64,000 nt of DNA from Alphaproteobacteria bacterium (GTDB taxonomy: Bacteria > Pseudomonadota > Alphaproteobacteria > MPNO01): positions 576,001-640,000 of the forward strand of contig OZ219865.1 in assembly GCA_964291675.2 (NCBI GenBank), in the 5' to 3' direction. The first letter of the stretch is position 1; each line of letters begins with the position of its first letter. The notes under the pieces are model-generated. The model saw nothing but the letters and a program-made list of their open reading frames with translations. It ran no database searches and was not told where the DNA came from. Made by a program: the position numbers and the translations under genes. Shown in pieces: positions 18,186 to 26,931 of this stretch.

Positions 18186-18481
18186 TGCCCTGCGAACGCT
18201 GTATCTGGTGGCGCACCGAGGACGATGCGCCGACCACCGATGAAGGCGTGCCGCACTACGGCACATGCCACGCCGCACCCCCTCGCCCCGAGATACGCCT
18301 GACCGACGACCCGAACGAGCTTCAAGGCAAGTTCGTCCAAACGGTCTGGCCGTGGACCAAGCCGCACGATCATTGCGGCGGGTTCGTTGATAGCGCCTGG
18401 GTGGACCCCTCAACCGGCACGATCAAGAGGCCGAACGTGCTGCCGCCTATGGACGATGACGGCACCGAGACGCTGCAATGA
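18185..18481 (+). CDS. Small Cys-rich (putative Zn-binding) phage protein
   Basis: CERCIWW...GTCHAAPP...WPWT...DHCGGF; TGATG coupling. Confidence 0.7.
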   Translation: MPCERCIWWRTEDDAPTTDEGVPHYGTCHAAPPRPEIRLTDDPNELQGKFVQTVWPWTKPHDHCGGFVDSAWVDPSTGTIKRPNVLPPMDDDGTETLQ

Positions 18482-19245
18482 GCGACGGCGATGCCACCCC
18501 CCTGTCAAACTGGCTGTGTGCCGAGGCCGACCGGCTGAGGGACCGCGCGCGGGAACGGCGAAAGGACATCATCGCGGACGGGCGGGCGCTGCTGGCCGCG
18601 AAGGACGAATGCAGGCACGGCGAGTGGCTTCCGTTCCTCTCGCGCGCCGGCATCGGCGAGCGCATGGCGCAAGAGCTCATGAAGATCGTCCGGGCTATCG
18701 ACGCGGGCGAAATCGAATCCGCAACGGTTGCGGATTTGGGCATCCGCGCTGCGCTCCAACAGCTACGCGGGCCGAAGGTGGTCCGCATTGCATCGCCGGC
18801 AGAATTGCACACGTTGCAGGACACGGCGAACGCCACCGGCGATCCGATAGTCGCGGAGCTATGGGGCAAACGGGTTTCGCTCAAACCCATCTCGCCGGAG
18901 GCGTCCCGCAATCGGGGCAAGATGTTCATCGGCTGCGCATGGCGGCTTGGGAGAGCGATAGAACGAAACCGCCCCGACCTGGCCGAGCTCGGCAAGCGGC
19001 TGCGGTCATCGTTCGAGGTGATCCACAAGGCGAAAATCAGGACGCTTGAAGAGGGCGCGGAAAAGGCCGCCGCCTTCTATCTCCGCTATCCAGCCGGGCC
19101 GCCCGACGTAGACGCCGAGCATGAGGCCGGGGCGGTTTTGGAGGCGCATGACGTGCCGGAATGGACCACCGCCTTGCTTCTAAGCTGCTGGACGCCGGGC
19201 CACCTTCCCGAGGCGTTCTGGAGCGACTTCAACGAGAGGGGCTGA
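18478..19245 (+). CDS. DUF3102-like domain protein
   Basis: GRALLAAKDECRHGEWLPFL...GERMAQELMKI resembles DUF3102. Confidence 0.65.
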   Translation: MSDGDATPLSNWLCAEADRLRDRARERRKDIIADGRALLAAKDECRHGEWLPFLSRAGIGERMAQELMKIVRAIDAGEIESATVADLGIRAALQQLRGPKVVRIASPAELHTLQDTANATGDPIVAELWGKRVSLKPISPEASRNRGKMFIGCAWRLGRAIERNRPDLAELGKRLRSSFEVIHKAKIRTLEEGAEKAAAFYLRYPAGPPDVDAEHEAGAVLEAHDVPEWTTALLLSCWTPGHLPEAFWSDFNERG

Positions 19246-19330
19246 GGGCGCCGGCAGGATTGACACGCCGCGCGGGGCTCGGATGGTGGAGGCGCGAGCT
19301 ATTTGGAACCAATCGAAAGGAGATCGATCC

Positions 19331-19486
19331 ATGGATTATCGCCGAGAATTGCAGAAAATAATCCAATCTGAAGACGAATTGCGAGAGGACTACGTGATTG
19401 CCGTCGCTGCGCTGGCCTTGTTGGAAAAGATGGACGATTTGCACTCAGGTCTTTCGGACATCGACCTGACCATGACGATGAAGTAA
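19331..19486 (+). CDS. Small hypothetical protein, moron-like
   Basis: RBS AAGGAG, upstream TTGACA at 19260, visibly more AT-rich, 51 aa. Confidence 0.55.
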   Translation: MDYRRELQKIIQSEDELREDYVIAVAALALLEKMDDLHSGLSDIDLTMTMK

Positions 19487-19530
19487 TTCCCCTGCACCGC
19501 TCGGGCGAGCATCGAGCATTTCCGAACGAC

Positions 19531-19567
19531 GAGGGCCGGCAGCGGGGGTGACCTACTGCCGGCCCTC
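19531..19567. other. 12-bp perfect inverted repeat in the gap before the head module
   Basis: GAGGGCCGGCAG...CTGCCGGCCCTC. Confidence 0.55.
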
Positions 19568-19780
19568 TCCCGAACGAGGAAACCACCGGTTGACGAGACC
19601 GGCGTGCGAACCCTGCCACGGACACACGCCCCTCGCAACAGGATATTGCGCAAAAGGTACTGTGACGGGCGGAATCGGGCGCGGTTGGGGGGCATCATCG
19701 CAATCTTTTCCGATTTCCGGGGCGCCTGGCGCAACAAACGGTTTGACCGCTAGGCCATTCCGCGCCACCTTGTTCTCACG

Positions 19781-21016
19781 ATGTTCGAGCGAATCCGGCA
19801 TGCCTTCCGGGGCGAATCGAGGTCATCCGAGCTTGACGTGGGGGCGCTCTATCAAGCCGCGTTCCAGTTCGAGGGCGGGAGCTATAGCTGGGCGCGCTCC
19901 CCGGCCCTTCTGGTCAGCTCCCTGTCCCTCCCGGACGCCGCCGGCGACAGTACGGGCGTACTGCTGACCGAAAGCCGGCGCCTGGGGCGCACGTCGCCGC
20001 TGTTGATCGCCTATAGGGGCGTCATGGAGACCGGCATCCTGACGGGCGAGCCGGAGGCGCCGGAGTTCCCCGACACCGTGCCGGAGAACGTCGCCGCCGC
20101 CGTGGCCGACCTGTGGCTCGACACCCACGACTGCGACCGCGAGCGCGACCTACTCGATAGGGTCATCGTCGACGGCGAGTTCCTGATTCTCGAGACCGGG
20201 GAAGTCGTGCCGCCGGACGGGTTCGAGCCGATCATGGCCGGGGCGAAATGGAATCCCACCGTGACAGGCTACCGAGTCGGCAAGTCGAGCCGCGCCCGCA
20301 TGGTCGGCGTCCGGCATGTCGGCGACCGCCCGATGGGCGCCGCCCGGGCTCTGCCGTGGCTGGCGCCCGCGCTCCCGCCCGCCGCCGGGCTGTTGAACGC
20401 GCGGACGGGCGCCGGGCATGCGCTCGGCATCATGGCGAAGATCGCCGCCGTGATCGCCAACGCCTCCCCGGATCGCCAGACCGCAGCCGCCGGGCATCGG
20501 TCGGGCGTAGTCGGCGCCGACCGGAACGAGCTGCCGCGCCAACCGATAACGACCGTGGGCGTGGGCGCCGTGCCGTTCCTGAAGATGGGCGAGGCGGTCG
20601 ACCGCGTTGAGGCCGGGCCGGATGAGACCGCCCGTAAGTACGAGGGGCAGCTCGAACGAGATGTCGCGTCGGCGCTCCACCTTCCCCTGTCCGAGCTTCT
20701 GAGCGACTACAGCACCGGCTCATTCAGCAACCTGCGCATGGCATGGGCGGACGGCGTGGCGGAGAAGCGGCGCCGCCGCGCATGGTGGCACCGCCACTAT
20801 CGGCGCCCGGCCTATCTGGACGTGCTGTCCACCGCCTTCGCGGCGGGGCGCCTCCCCCGCATGAGCATGGCCGTCATGGCCGCGCTCAAGCGCCCGTCAT
20901 GGCCGGGGCCGACCCCCATCGCACCCGAACCCCTCAAGCAAGCGCTCACCCTGTCGGAGCTTGTCGAGGCGGGAATCATCGACCCCGCCGCAGCGGCGGC
21001 ACAATTGGAGCAATGA
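19781..21016 (+). CDS. Portal protein, lambda-like family
   Basis: VIVDGEFL; RDVASALHLPLSELLSDYSTGSFSNLRMA and W..P..IAPEPLKQ resemble the lambda-portal motifs IAAGLG.PYE.L..D.S..NYSS.R and IDPLKE. Confidence 0.75.
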   Translation: MFERIRHAFRGESRSSELDVGALYQAAFQFEGGSYSWARSPALLVSSLSLPDAAGDSTGVLLTESRRLGRTSPLLIAYRGVMETGILTGEPEAPEFPDTVPENVAAAVADLWLDTHDCDRERDLLDRVIVDGEFLILETGEVVPPDGFEPIMAGAKWNPTVTGYRVGKSSRARMVGVRHVGDRPMGAARALPWLAPALPPAAGLLNARTGAGHALGIMAKIAAVIANASPDRQTAAAGHRSGVVGADRNELPRQPITTVGVGAVPFLKMGEAVDRVEAGPDETARKYEGQLERDVASALHLPLSELLSDYSTGSFSNLRMAWADGVAEKRRRRAWWHRHYRRPAYLDVLSTAFAAGRLPRMSMAVMAALKRPSWPGPTPIAPEPLKQALTLSELVEAGIIDPAAAAAQLEQ

Positions 21017-21020
21017 GACG

Positions 21021-22259
21021 ATGAAGAAATCGGTACAGCTTGCCGTCCGGGCATCCGAAATCCGGTCGGAGATCAACGGGCTCGATCCGGGCGAGGCGAC
21101 CCTGGAGAAGCGCCGCGAGCTTCTGGAACAGCTCAACACCGTCGAGTCGGAGTACCGCGCCGCGCTCACCACCGAGGCCGAGACGGACGCGGCGGCGCCG
21201 GACGCGAACGGGCTGACCGCCGAGGAACGCGAGTTCCGCGCGCTCGAAAGCCGGGCCGAGCTTCGCACCGCGTTCCGCGCGGTCATGTCGGACGCCCCGC
21301 TGGCGGGCGCCGAGAAGGAGTTGCAGGAGCATCGCGGGCTCTCCGGTCACGCGCTCCCCTGGGACCTGATCGCGCCGCGCGCCCGCACCGAGGAACGGGT
21401 GGACGCCGTGTCGGCGGCGCCGTCCGACTCCCATCTGCAGCAGCACCCCATCCTCGCCCGCGTGTTCGCCCGGTCGGCGACCGCGACGCTGGGGGTGGCG
21501 ATGCCGATGGTGCCGGTCGGGGAACAGAACTACCCCGTCATCACGACCACCGATAAGGCGGTCATCCTCGCCAAGGACGCGGCCGAGGGCGACACGGCGG
21601 ACGCCGGTATCACGGCGCACACCATCGCCCCGACCCGGTTGCAGCGCTCCTACCTGTTCCGCCGCGAGGACCAAGCGGTTCTGAGCGGGCTCGAGGAGGC
21701 GCTGAGGGCCGACCTGTCGGGCGCCGTGTCCGACCTGCTGGACGCTCAGGTTCTCGCGGGCGACGGCAGCGCGCCCAATTTCGGCGGCTTCCTCGCCACC
21801 GCCGCGAACGGCGGGCTCACGGATCGCAGCGACACGCCCGCCCGCGTGACGTTCGCGCTGGCGGCCGGCGAGGCCGCGCGGGGCATCGACGGGCTCTATG
21901 CCGGCGGGCTCGGCGAGTGCGCCATCGTGATCGGCGACGACACCGCGCGCGATCTGGCGAGCAAGTTCACCACCAACGGCGAGGAGTCGGCGCTCGCGTA
22001 CATGAGCCGCACGACCGCCCGCGCGATGGCGAGTGCGAACGTCCCCGCCGTCGCGTCCAATTTCCAAGAGGGCATTCTTGCCCGCATGGGCGCCGCCGGC
22101 ATGAATTCGGTCTGCCCGGTCTGGGATGGCATGTTCGCGATCCGCGACGAAATCAGCGGGCGCAAGTCGGGGCAAATCAGCATCACCATCGGCATGCTCT
22201 GCGGCTTCGACATCCTGCGTGCGGGCGGCTACGACCGGCTGAAATTCCGAGTCGCCTGA
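21021..22259 (+). CDS. Major capsid protein, HK97 fold with N-terminal coiled-coil (delta) region
   Basis: Helical N-terminus of about 100 aa; LRADLSGAVSDLLDAQVLAGDG..P.FGG motif; 412 aa; between portal and protease. Confidence 0.8.
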   Translation: MKKSVQLAVRASEIRSEINGLDPGEATLEKRRELLEQLNTVESEYRAALTTEAETDAAAPDANGLTAEEREFRALESRAELRTAFRAVMSDAPLAGAEKELQEHRGLSGHALPWDLIAPRARTEERVDAVSAAPSDSHLQQHPILARVFARSATATLGVAMPMVPVGEQNYPVITTTDKAVILAKDAAEGDTADAGITAHTIAPTRLQRSYLFRREDQAVLSGLEEALRADLSGAVSDLLDAQVLAGDGSAPNFGGFLATAANGGLTDRSDTPARVTFALAAGEAARGIDGLYAGGLGECAIVIGDDTARDLASKFTTNGEESALAYMSRTTARAMASANVPAVASNFQEGILARMGAAGMNSVCPVWDGMFAIRDEISGRKSGQISITIGMLCGFDILRAGGYDRLKFRVA

Positions 22260-22753
22260 TGGCTGTCGAGTACCGATTCGCCGCGCTGGAGTTCCGCAGC
22301 GACGGCGCCGTGATCGAGGGCGTCGCCATGCGTTACGGCGACGTGGCGCGCATCTATGGCGCCTTCGACGAATCGGTTGAGGCCGGCGCGTTCCGGTTCG
22401 ATGACGTGATCCTGAACCGGATGCACCAGCGCGCCGACCCCATCGCCCGGACGGGCGGCGGCGGGCTCGAATTGTCGGACTCGTCCGTGCGCCTCGCCGT
22501 GCGGGCGGACGTGCCGGAGTATCGGGCGGACGTTCGCGACATGGTGAAGCGCGGCATCCTCCGGGGGTTCTCTGTCGAGATGGACGTGACCGCCGAGGAA
22601 TGGCCGTCGCCGTCGCGCCGGATCATCCGCGCCGCAACGCTGTCGGGCATCGGACTCGTCGACCGCCCGGCCTATGGAGACGCGACCGCCGAGATTGCCA
22701 AGAGGGCGAAGGAATGCCGGACGGCAACGCGGTTCCTGCCCCTAGCGGTCTGA
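22259..22753 (+). CDS. HK97-family prohead protease
   Basis: IEGVAMRY, E.VEAGAF, LNRMH, RGFSVEM, IGLVDRPAY; TGATG coupling. Confidence 0.88.
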   Translation: MAVEYRFAALEFRSDGAVIEGVAMRYGDVARIYGAFDESVEAGAFRFDDVILNRMHQRADPIARTGGGGLELSDSSVRLAVRADVPEYRADVRDMVKRGILRGFSVEMDVTAEEWPSPSRRIIRAATLSGIGLVDRPAYGDATAEIAKRAKECRTATRFLPLAV

Positions 22754-24576
22754 GGCGCTGGGCCGAGCGCAACGTCGTCGTCGGCGACGGGCCGCTTGCC
22801 GGCTCGCCCTACCGGGCAGGCGGCGGCGGACAGGGGCGCCCGCCAGTGCCGGCATGGGGCGAGGTGATCGACGCGTGCGACGACCCAGATCTAGAGCAAG
22901 TCACGATCCGGGGCAGCGTACAGAGCGGCAAGACCGCCGGGCTGATCGTGGCCGCGCTGGGCCATATGGCCGCCGGGCGCTCCGTGCTGATCTTCGAGCC
23001 CGACGACAGGCTCAAGCGCACCCTCGCCGCGCGCATTGTCGCGTGGGGGCGCCTCTGTAGGGACGAGGCTATCCGGGAGGCGTACGAACCCGCCCGGCCC
23101 CCTCACGCGCGCTCAGTGGCCGGCGGAGGGCGCCTGGAGGTGGTTTCCGCGCGAGAGGGCGGCGCCGGTCTCATGCGCACCGCCGAGATAGTCATCGTCG
23201 ACGAGCTGCGGGTGTTCCACCGCGACATGCTCGGCGAGCTGGTCGACCGCATGGCCGCCTATGGCGGCGCCGGCAGGCTTATCACCGCATCGTCGGCGGG
23301 GTACGAAGACGAGTGCCGAACGACCGTCGAGCTGGACAAGTCCGACGCCCGGCGATGGTTCCTGCGATGCCCCTCCTGCGGGCAGCAGAACATCGCTCAG
23401 TGGTCCAACGTGATCTACAAGGGCCGGGCGTCCCCGATCTACTGCATGCCCTGCTGCGGCGCCGCGCTCTCGTCAATCGAGTTCCGCCACGCAGTAGTGG
23501 CCGGCGAGTGGCGCCCGACGAAGGAGGAGTCCGTGCCTGGCACCCGGGGCTATCATCTGGACGCCTTCCTGAGCCCGTTCGAGTCCCTGCCGACCATCGT
23601 GCGCCAGTGGAAGCGCGCGGACGCCCACCGCAAGCAGACCGGCTCCATGGCCGACGTGATCAGCTTCCAATGCGGAAGGCTCGCGCTCCCGTACAAGCCC
23701 GAGGCCGCGCAAGGGGTAACGCCCGAGGCGCTGGCGACCGCGTGCCGCGAGGACTACGACCCCGACATCGTGCCGGCGGGCGCGTCCCTGCTGATAGGCG
23801 CCGTCGACGTGCAGGACAACCGCCTGGAGGCCGAGATAACCGCCTGGGGCGTTGTCGAGGTCGCCGCGCCGCAGGACGCGAGCGAAGTGAAGGGCTGGGG
23901 CTCGCACGAATTTCGCGGCCTCGCCCATGACGGGCGCTGGTATCGCCTGCGGCGATGGGCGATGGAGTACCGCCGCCTGTACGGCGACCCCGGCAACGCC
24001 GACGTGTGGGAGGCCCTGGCCGAGTTCATGGAGACGCCGCGCCCGCACGCGACCGGCGCCATGCTCCGCCCGGTCACGGTCGGCGTCGATATCGGCGGAC
24101 ACTACGGGCAGCAGGTTGCCGATTTCGTCCGCGTCCGTGGCGAGGGCTATCAGTGCCTGAAGGGCATTCCGGCCGGGCGGATCGGCGCGATGCTCGCGCG
24201 GCGATCGGTCACGGCGGACAGTCTCGACACCTACGGGCCGGCGGGGCTGATGCTGGTAGGGCCGGACTCCGGCAAGGCGACCGCCTTCAGCCTCATGCGC
24301 CAGAGCATCGCGGGCGCCGAGCCGCGCCCGATGGTCTGGCCGATGGAGGAGTCGCGCTACGGCCCTCAAGAGTTCGAGTCCATCGTGTCCGAGACCCTGG
24401 TGCGCGCGCTCGACAAGAGGACGGGGAGGACCACGCTGATGTGGAGGAAGATCGCCCGCGAGAACGAGGGACTGGACCTGATGGTGTACAGCTTGGCCAT
24501 AGCCTCCCACCTGGGGGTCGGGCTCATGCTGCACGAAGCCGCGACCATCGCCGCCGCCGAGAGGATCGCCGCATGA
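22714..24576 (+). CDS. terL: Terminase large subunit, lambda gpA family
   Basis: Walker A SVQSGKT, Walker B IVIVDE, WFLRCPSCG, nuclease GAVDVQDNRLE, RENEGLDLMVY. Confidence 0.9.
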   Translation: MPDGNAVPAPSGLRRWAERNVVVGDGPLAGSPYRAGGGGQGRPPVPAWGEVIDACDDPDLEQVTIRGSVQSGKTAGLIVAALGHMAAGRSVLIFEPDDRLKRTLAARIVAWGRLCRDEAIREAYEPARPPHARSVAGGGRLEVVSAREGGAGLMRTAEIVIVDELRVFHRDMLGELVDRMAAYGGAGRLITASSAGYEDECRTTVELDKSDARRWFLRCPSCGQQNIAQWSNVIYKGRASPIYCMPCCGAALSSIEFRHAVVAGEWRPTKEESVPGTRGYHLDAFLSPFESLPTIVRQWKRADAHRKQTGSMADVISFQCGRLALPYKPEAAQGVTPEALATACREDYDPDIVPAGASLLIGAVDVQDNRLEAEITAWGVVEVAAPQDASEVKGWGSHEFRGLAHDGRWYRLRRWAMEYRRLYGDPGNADVWEALAEFMETPRPHATGAMLRPVTVGVDIGGHYGQQVADFVRVRGEGYQCLKGIPAGRIGAMLARRSVTADSLDTYGPAGLMLVGPDSGKATAFSLMRQSIAGAEPRPMVWPMEESRYGPQEFESIVSETLVRALDKRTGRTTLMWRKIARENEGLDLMVYSLAIASHLGVGLMLHEAATIAAAERIAA

Positions 24577-25142
24577 ACGTCTATCGCCACATGATCGACT
24601 ACGGCGAGTCCCTCCGATGGGAGCCGCCCGCCGGGACCGGCAAGTTCTTCGTGTGGCGCAAGATCGGCGAGGTCGGCGCCGCCATGCGCTGGCGCCGTGT
24701 CGGCGGCCATGACGTGGCCGGCGGCACCGAGATCACCGTGCCGGAAGGGACGTTCGCGGTTCCCGCCGCGCAGGTCGCCCTCGCCTGGGGCGACGTGCTG
24801 GCGCTGTTCGATGGGTTCGACCCGGAAGTGATCCAGGTCACGGCGCACGGCGACGGCGAGGCGCTGATACGGCGCGACACCTACACCCTCCCGCCGCCGA
24901 CCAGTATCGACGCGGACACCATCGCCGCCCAAGAGCGCCGGCTACTGAAAGCCCTGCTCGACCAACGCGCCGCCGTGGCGGACGTGTCGGGCATGGTGAA
25001 GGTCACGGACCCGAGCGGCACCGCCGTCGAATACCAGAACCTTGCCGCGCTCGACCGGCGAGTCGCCGAGGTCCGGGCGCGCATCGCGTGGTTCGAGCAG
25101 GCGGCGGCGGGGAACGTGCTTCCGCGCGCCGAATTCTGGTAG
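24573..25142 (+). CDS. Protein with C-terminal gpW-like head-completion region and unknown N-terminal domain
   Basis: ATGA-coupled to terL; helix-hairpin-helix KALLDQRAAV...VKVTDPSGTAVEYQNLAALDRRVAEVRARI resembles lambda gpW. Confidence 0.6.
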   Translation: MNVYRHMIDYGESLRWEPPAGTGKFFVWRKIGEVGAAMRWRRVGGHDVAGGTEITVPEGTFAVPAAQVALAWGDVLALFDGFDPEVIQVTAHGDGEALIRRDTYTLPPPTSIDADTIAAQERRLLKALLDQRAAVADVSGMVKVTDPSGTAVEYQNLAALDRRVAEVRARIAWFEQAAAGNVLPRAEFW

Positions 25143-25169
25143 GGCGCCGCGTGCTGCTACACTGGCCGC

Positions 25170-25391
25170 ATGTCGATGTTGAAGGAATTCGGCGACATGC
25201 TCGACGGTAAGGGGCCTGGCCCTGTGTCGACTTGGGCTGCTCGGCTGTTTCTGCTGTGGCTGACAGTCATGCTCTTCTGCATCGGCGTCCTCATGATTGA
25301 CCTGGTGAAAGACGTGTGGCTGGGCGGCGACGAGGACGTGCTGCGGCAAATCCTCGACATCCTCGACGAGCGCCTTCCGCCGCCCCGCTGA
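25170..25391 (+). CDS. Small single-pass membrane protein (satellite cargo)
   Basis: One TM segment LFLLWLTVMLFCIGVLMIDLV; last ORF before att. Confidence 0.55.
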   Translation: MSMLKEFGDMLDGKGPGPVSTWAARLFLLWLTVMLFCIGVLMIDLVKDVWLGGDEDVLRQILDILDERLPPPR

Positions 25392-25438
25392 GGCGACATA
25401 TTGGCAACATGCCGCCGCCGCCGTGTCGCCTGATTTCG

Positions 25439-25502
25439 CCTAACCCCTTGAAAAGATTGGTGCGCGCACCAGGACTCGAACCTGGGACCCACTGATTAAA
25501 AG
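25439..25502. repeat. att site overlapping the 3' half of the intact tRNA-Lys
   Basis: Direct repeat of 15316-15379. Confidence 0.95.
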
Positions 25503-25533
25503 TCAGTTGCTCTACCACCTGAGCTATGCGCGC
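25458..25533 (-). tRNA. tRNA-Lys(UUU)
   Basis: GCGCGCA TA GCTC AGGTGGTA GAGC A ACTGA CTTTTAA TCAGT GGGTC CCAGG TTCGAGT CCTGG TGCGCGC A CCA folds into a full cloverleaf. Confidence 0.97.
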
Positions 25534-25579
25534 ACCGGTACCGGCGTCGGGGACGCGGCGGGAAGGTATGGGGCCTCGG

Positions 25580-26806
25580 TTACAGGGTCAAGCGAGGCCG
25601 CAGCGTCGTCGTCACCCTTACTTCCCCGTGCAGGGTCCTGTGGACCGGGCATTTGTCGGCTATTTCCAGCAGCCTGGCGCGCTGTTCCTCAGCCAGCGGT
25701 CCAACCAGCTCGATCTCGCGCTCGAAGGAGTCGACCTTGCCGTCCACGGTCTCGCACTCGGCGCAGTCGGCGGCGTGGATCTTCTGCTGGCGCACGGTGA
25801 CGGCGGCGCGTTCCAGCGGCCATTGCTTGCGCGCGGCGTAAATGCGGAGCGTCATCGTGGTGCAGGTGCCGAGCGCCGATGACAGCAGCTGGTAGGGCGT
25901 GGGCCCCCGGTCGAGCCCGCCCACCGACGCCGGCTCGTCGGCCCGGAGCCGGTGTTCGCCTGCCGCGATGTCCTGGCCGAACGGGCCGATCCCGTTTTCC
26001 GCCACCACCACCGCGCCGGCCTCGGCTTCCGCCTCCGAGGCGCGCTTGGGCAGCAGGAAGCGGCTCGCCCAGGCGGCCATCATTTCGGCGGCATAGACCG
26101 CGTCCTCGCGCCGCGTCAGCAGGTGGTCCGCGCTGTCGAGCGAGATGAAGCTCTTCGGGTGCCTGGCTGCCCGAAAAATCTCGGCCGCGTTGTCGATCCC
26201 GACCGTCCGGTCGAGCGGCGCGTGCATGACCAGGAGCGCCTTGCGCAGCGCCGCCACATTCTCGCGCAGGCGCTGGCCCCGGATGTCGTCGAGAAACTGC
26301 TTGCGGATGCGGAACGGGCGCCCGGCGATCCTGACATCGGCCTCGCCCTCGCACTCGATGGCGGCGATCTCGTCCTGGAACAGATGGGCGACATGGCCCG
26401 GGTCGCTCGGCGCGCCGATGGTCACCACGCCCGCCGCCTCCTCCACCGCGCCGGCGGCGGCCAGCACGGCGGCCCCGCCGAGGCTGTGGCCGATCAGGAT
26501 CGACGGCGCCTCGCGCTCGGCGCGCAGCCAGTCCGCCGCGGCGACCAGATCCCCGACATTGGACGAGAAGTTCGTGTTGGCGAAGTCGCCGCCGCTCGCG
26601 CCGAGCCCGGTGAAGTCGAAGCGGAGCGTGGCGATCCCGTTCGAGGCGAGCGCGGCCGCGATTCGCGAGGCGGCAAAAATGTCCTTCGAGCAGGTGAAGC
26701 AATGCGCGAACAGGGCGTAGGCGCGGATCTCCCCCGCCGGGCTCTCGAGCCGGGCCGCGAGCACATCCCCGCCCGCCCCGGTAAAGGTCGCTTTCTCCGA
26801 TTTCAT
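25580..26806 (-). CDS. Bifunctional alpha/beta hydrolase-OsmC protein
   Basis: [15 protein letters not shown], then ADEP...GPTPY...LGTCT and [10 protein letters not shown]. Confidence 0.92.
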   Translation of the reverse strand: MKSEKATFTGAGGDVLAARLESPAGEIRAYALFAHCFTCSKDIFAASRIAAALASNGIATLRFDFTGLGASGGDFANTNFSSNVGDLVAAADWLRAEREAPSILIGHSLGGAAVLAAAGAVEEAAGVVTIGAPSDPGHVAHLFQDEIAAIECEGEADVRIAGRPFRIRKQFLDDIRGQRLRENVAALRKALLVMHAPLDRTVGIDNAAEIFRAARHPKSFISLDSADHLLTRREDAVYAAEMMAAWASRFLLPKRASEAEAEAGAVVVAENGIGPFGQDIAAGEHRLRADEPASVGGLDRGPTPYQLLSSALGTCTTMTLRIYAARKQWPLERAAVTVRQQKIHAADCAECETVDGKVDSFEREIELVGPLAEEQRARLLEIADKCPVHRTLHGEVRVTTTLRPRLTL

Positions 26807-26931
26807 CGGCTCCGCCTTCTCGGTCGCGGCGGAACTTACCACCCGCGGCCCGTCCCGCCACCCCCGCGCACTTGGCCGCAACCGCCCGGTATGGTCAGAT
26901 CCGGCGCCGCAGAAATCGAGGGGATGCCGCG

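Larger units (their letters stand above)
15316..25502 (+). mobile_element. About 10.1-kb tRNA-Lys-integrated, head-encoding tailless phage satellite-like element
   Basis: att direct repeats 10,123 bp apart; int, AlpA/Xis-like, rep with iterons, portal, MCP, protease, TerL, gpW-like; all genes co-oriented. Confidence 0.9.

Noticed and set aside
19781-25142. Gene transfer agent or encapsulin locus
   Set aside because: It is bounded by att sites with its own integrase and origin, has a portal and gpA-type terminase, and lacks the tail genes of RcGTA.
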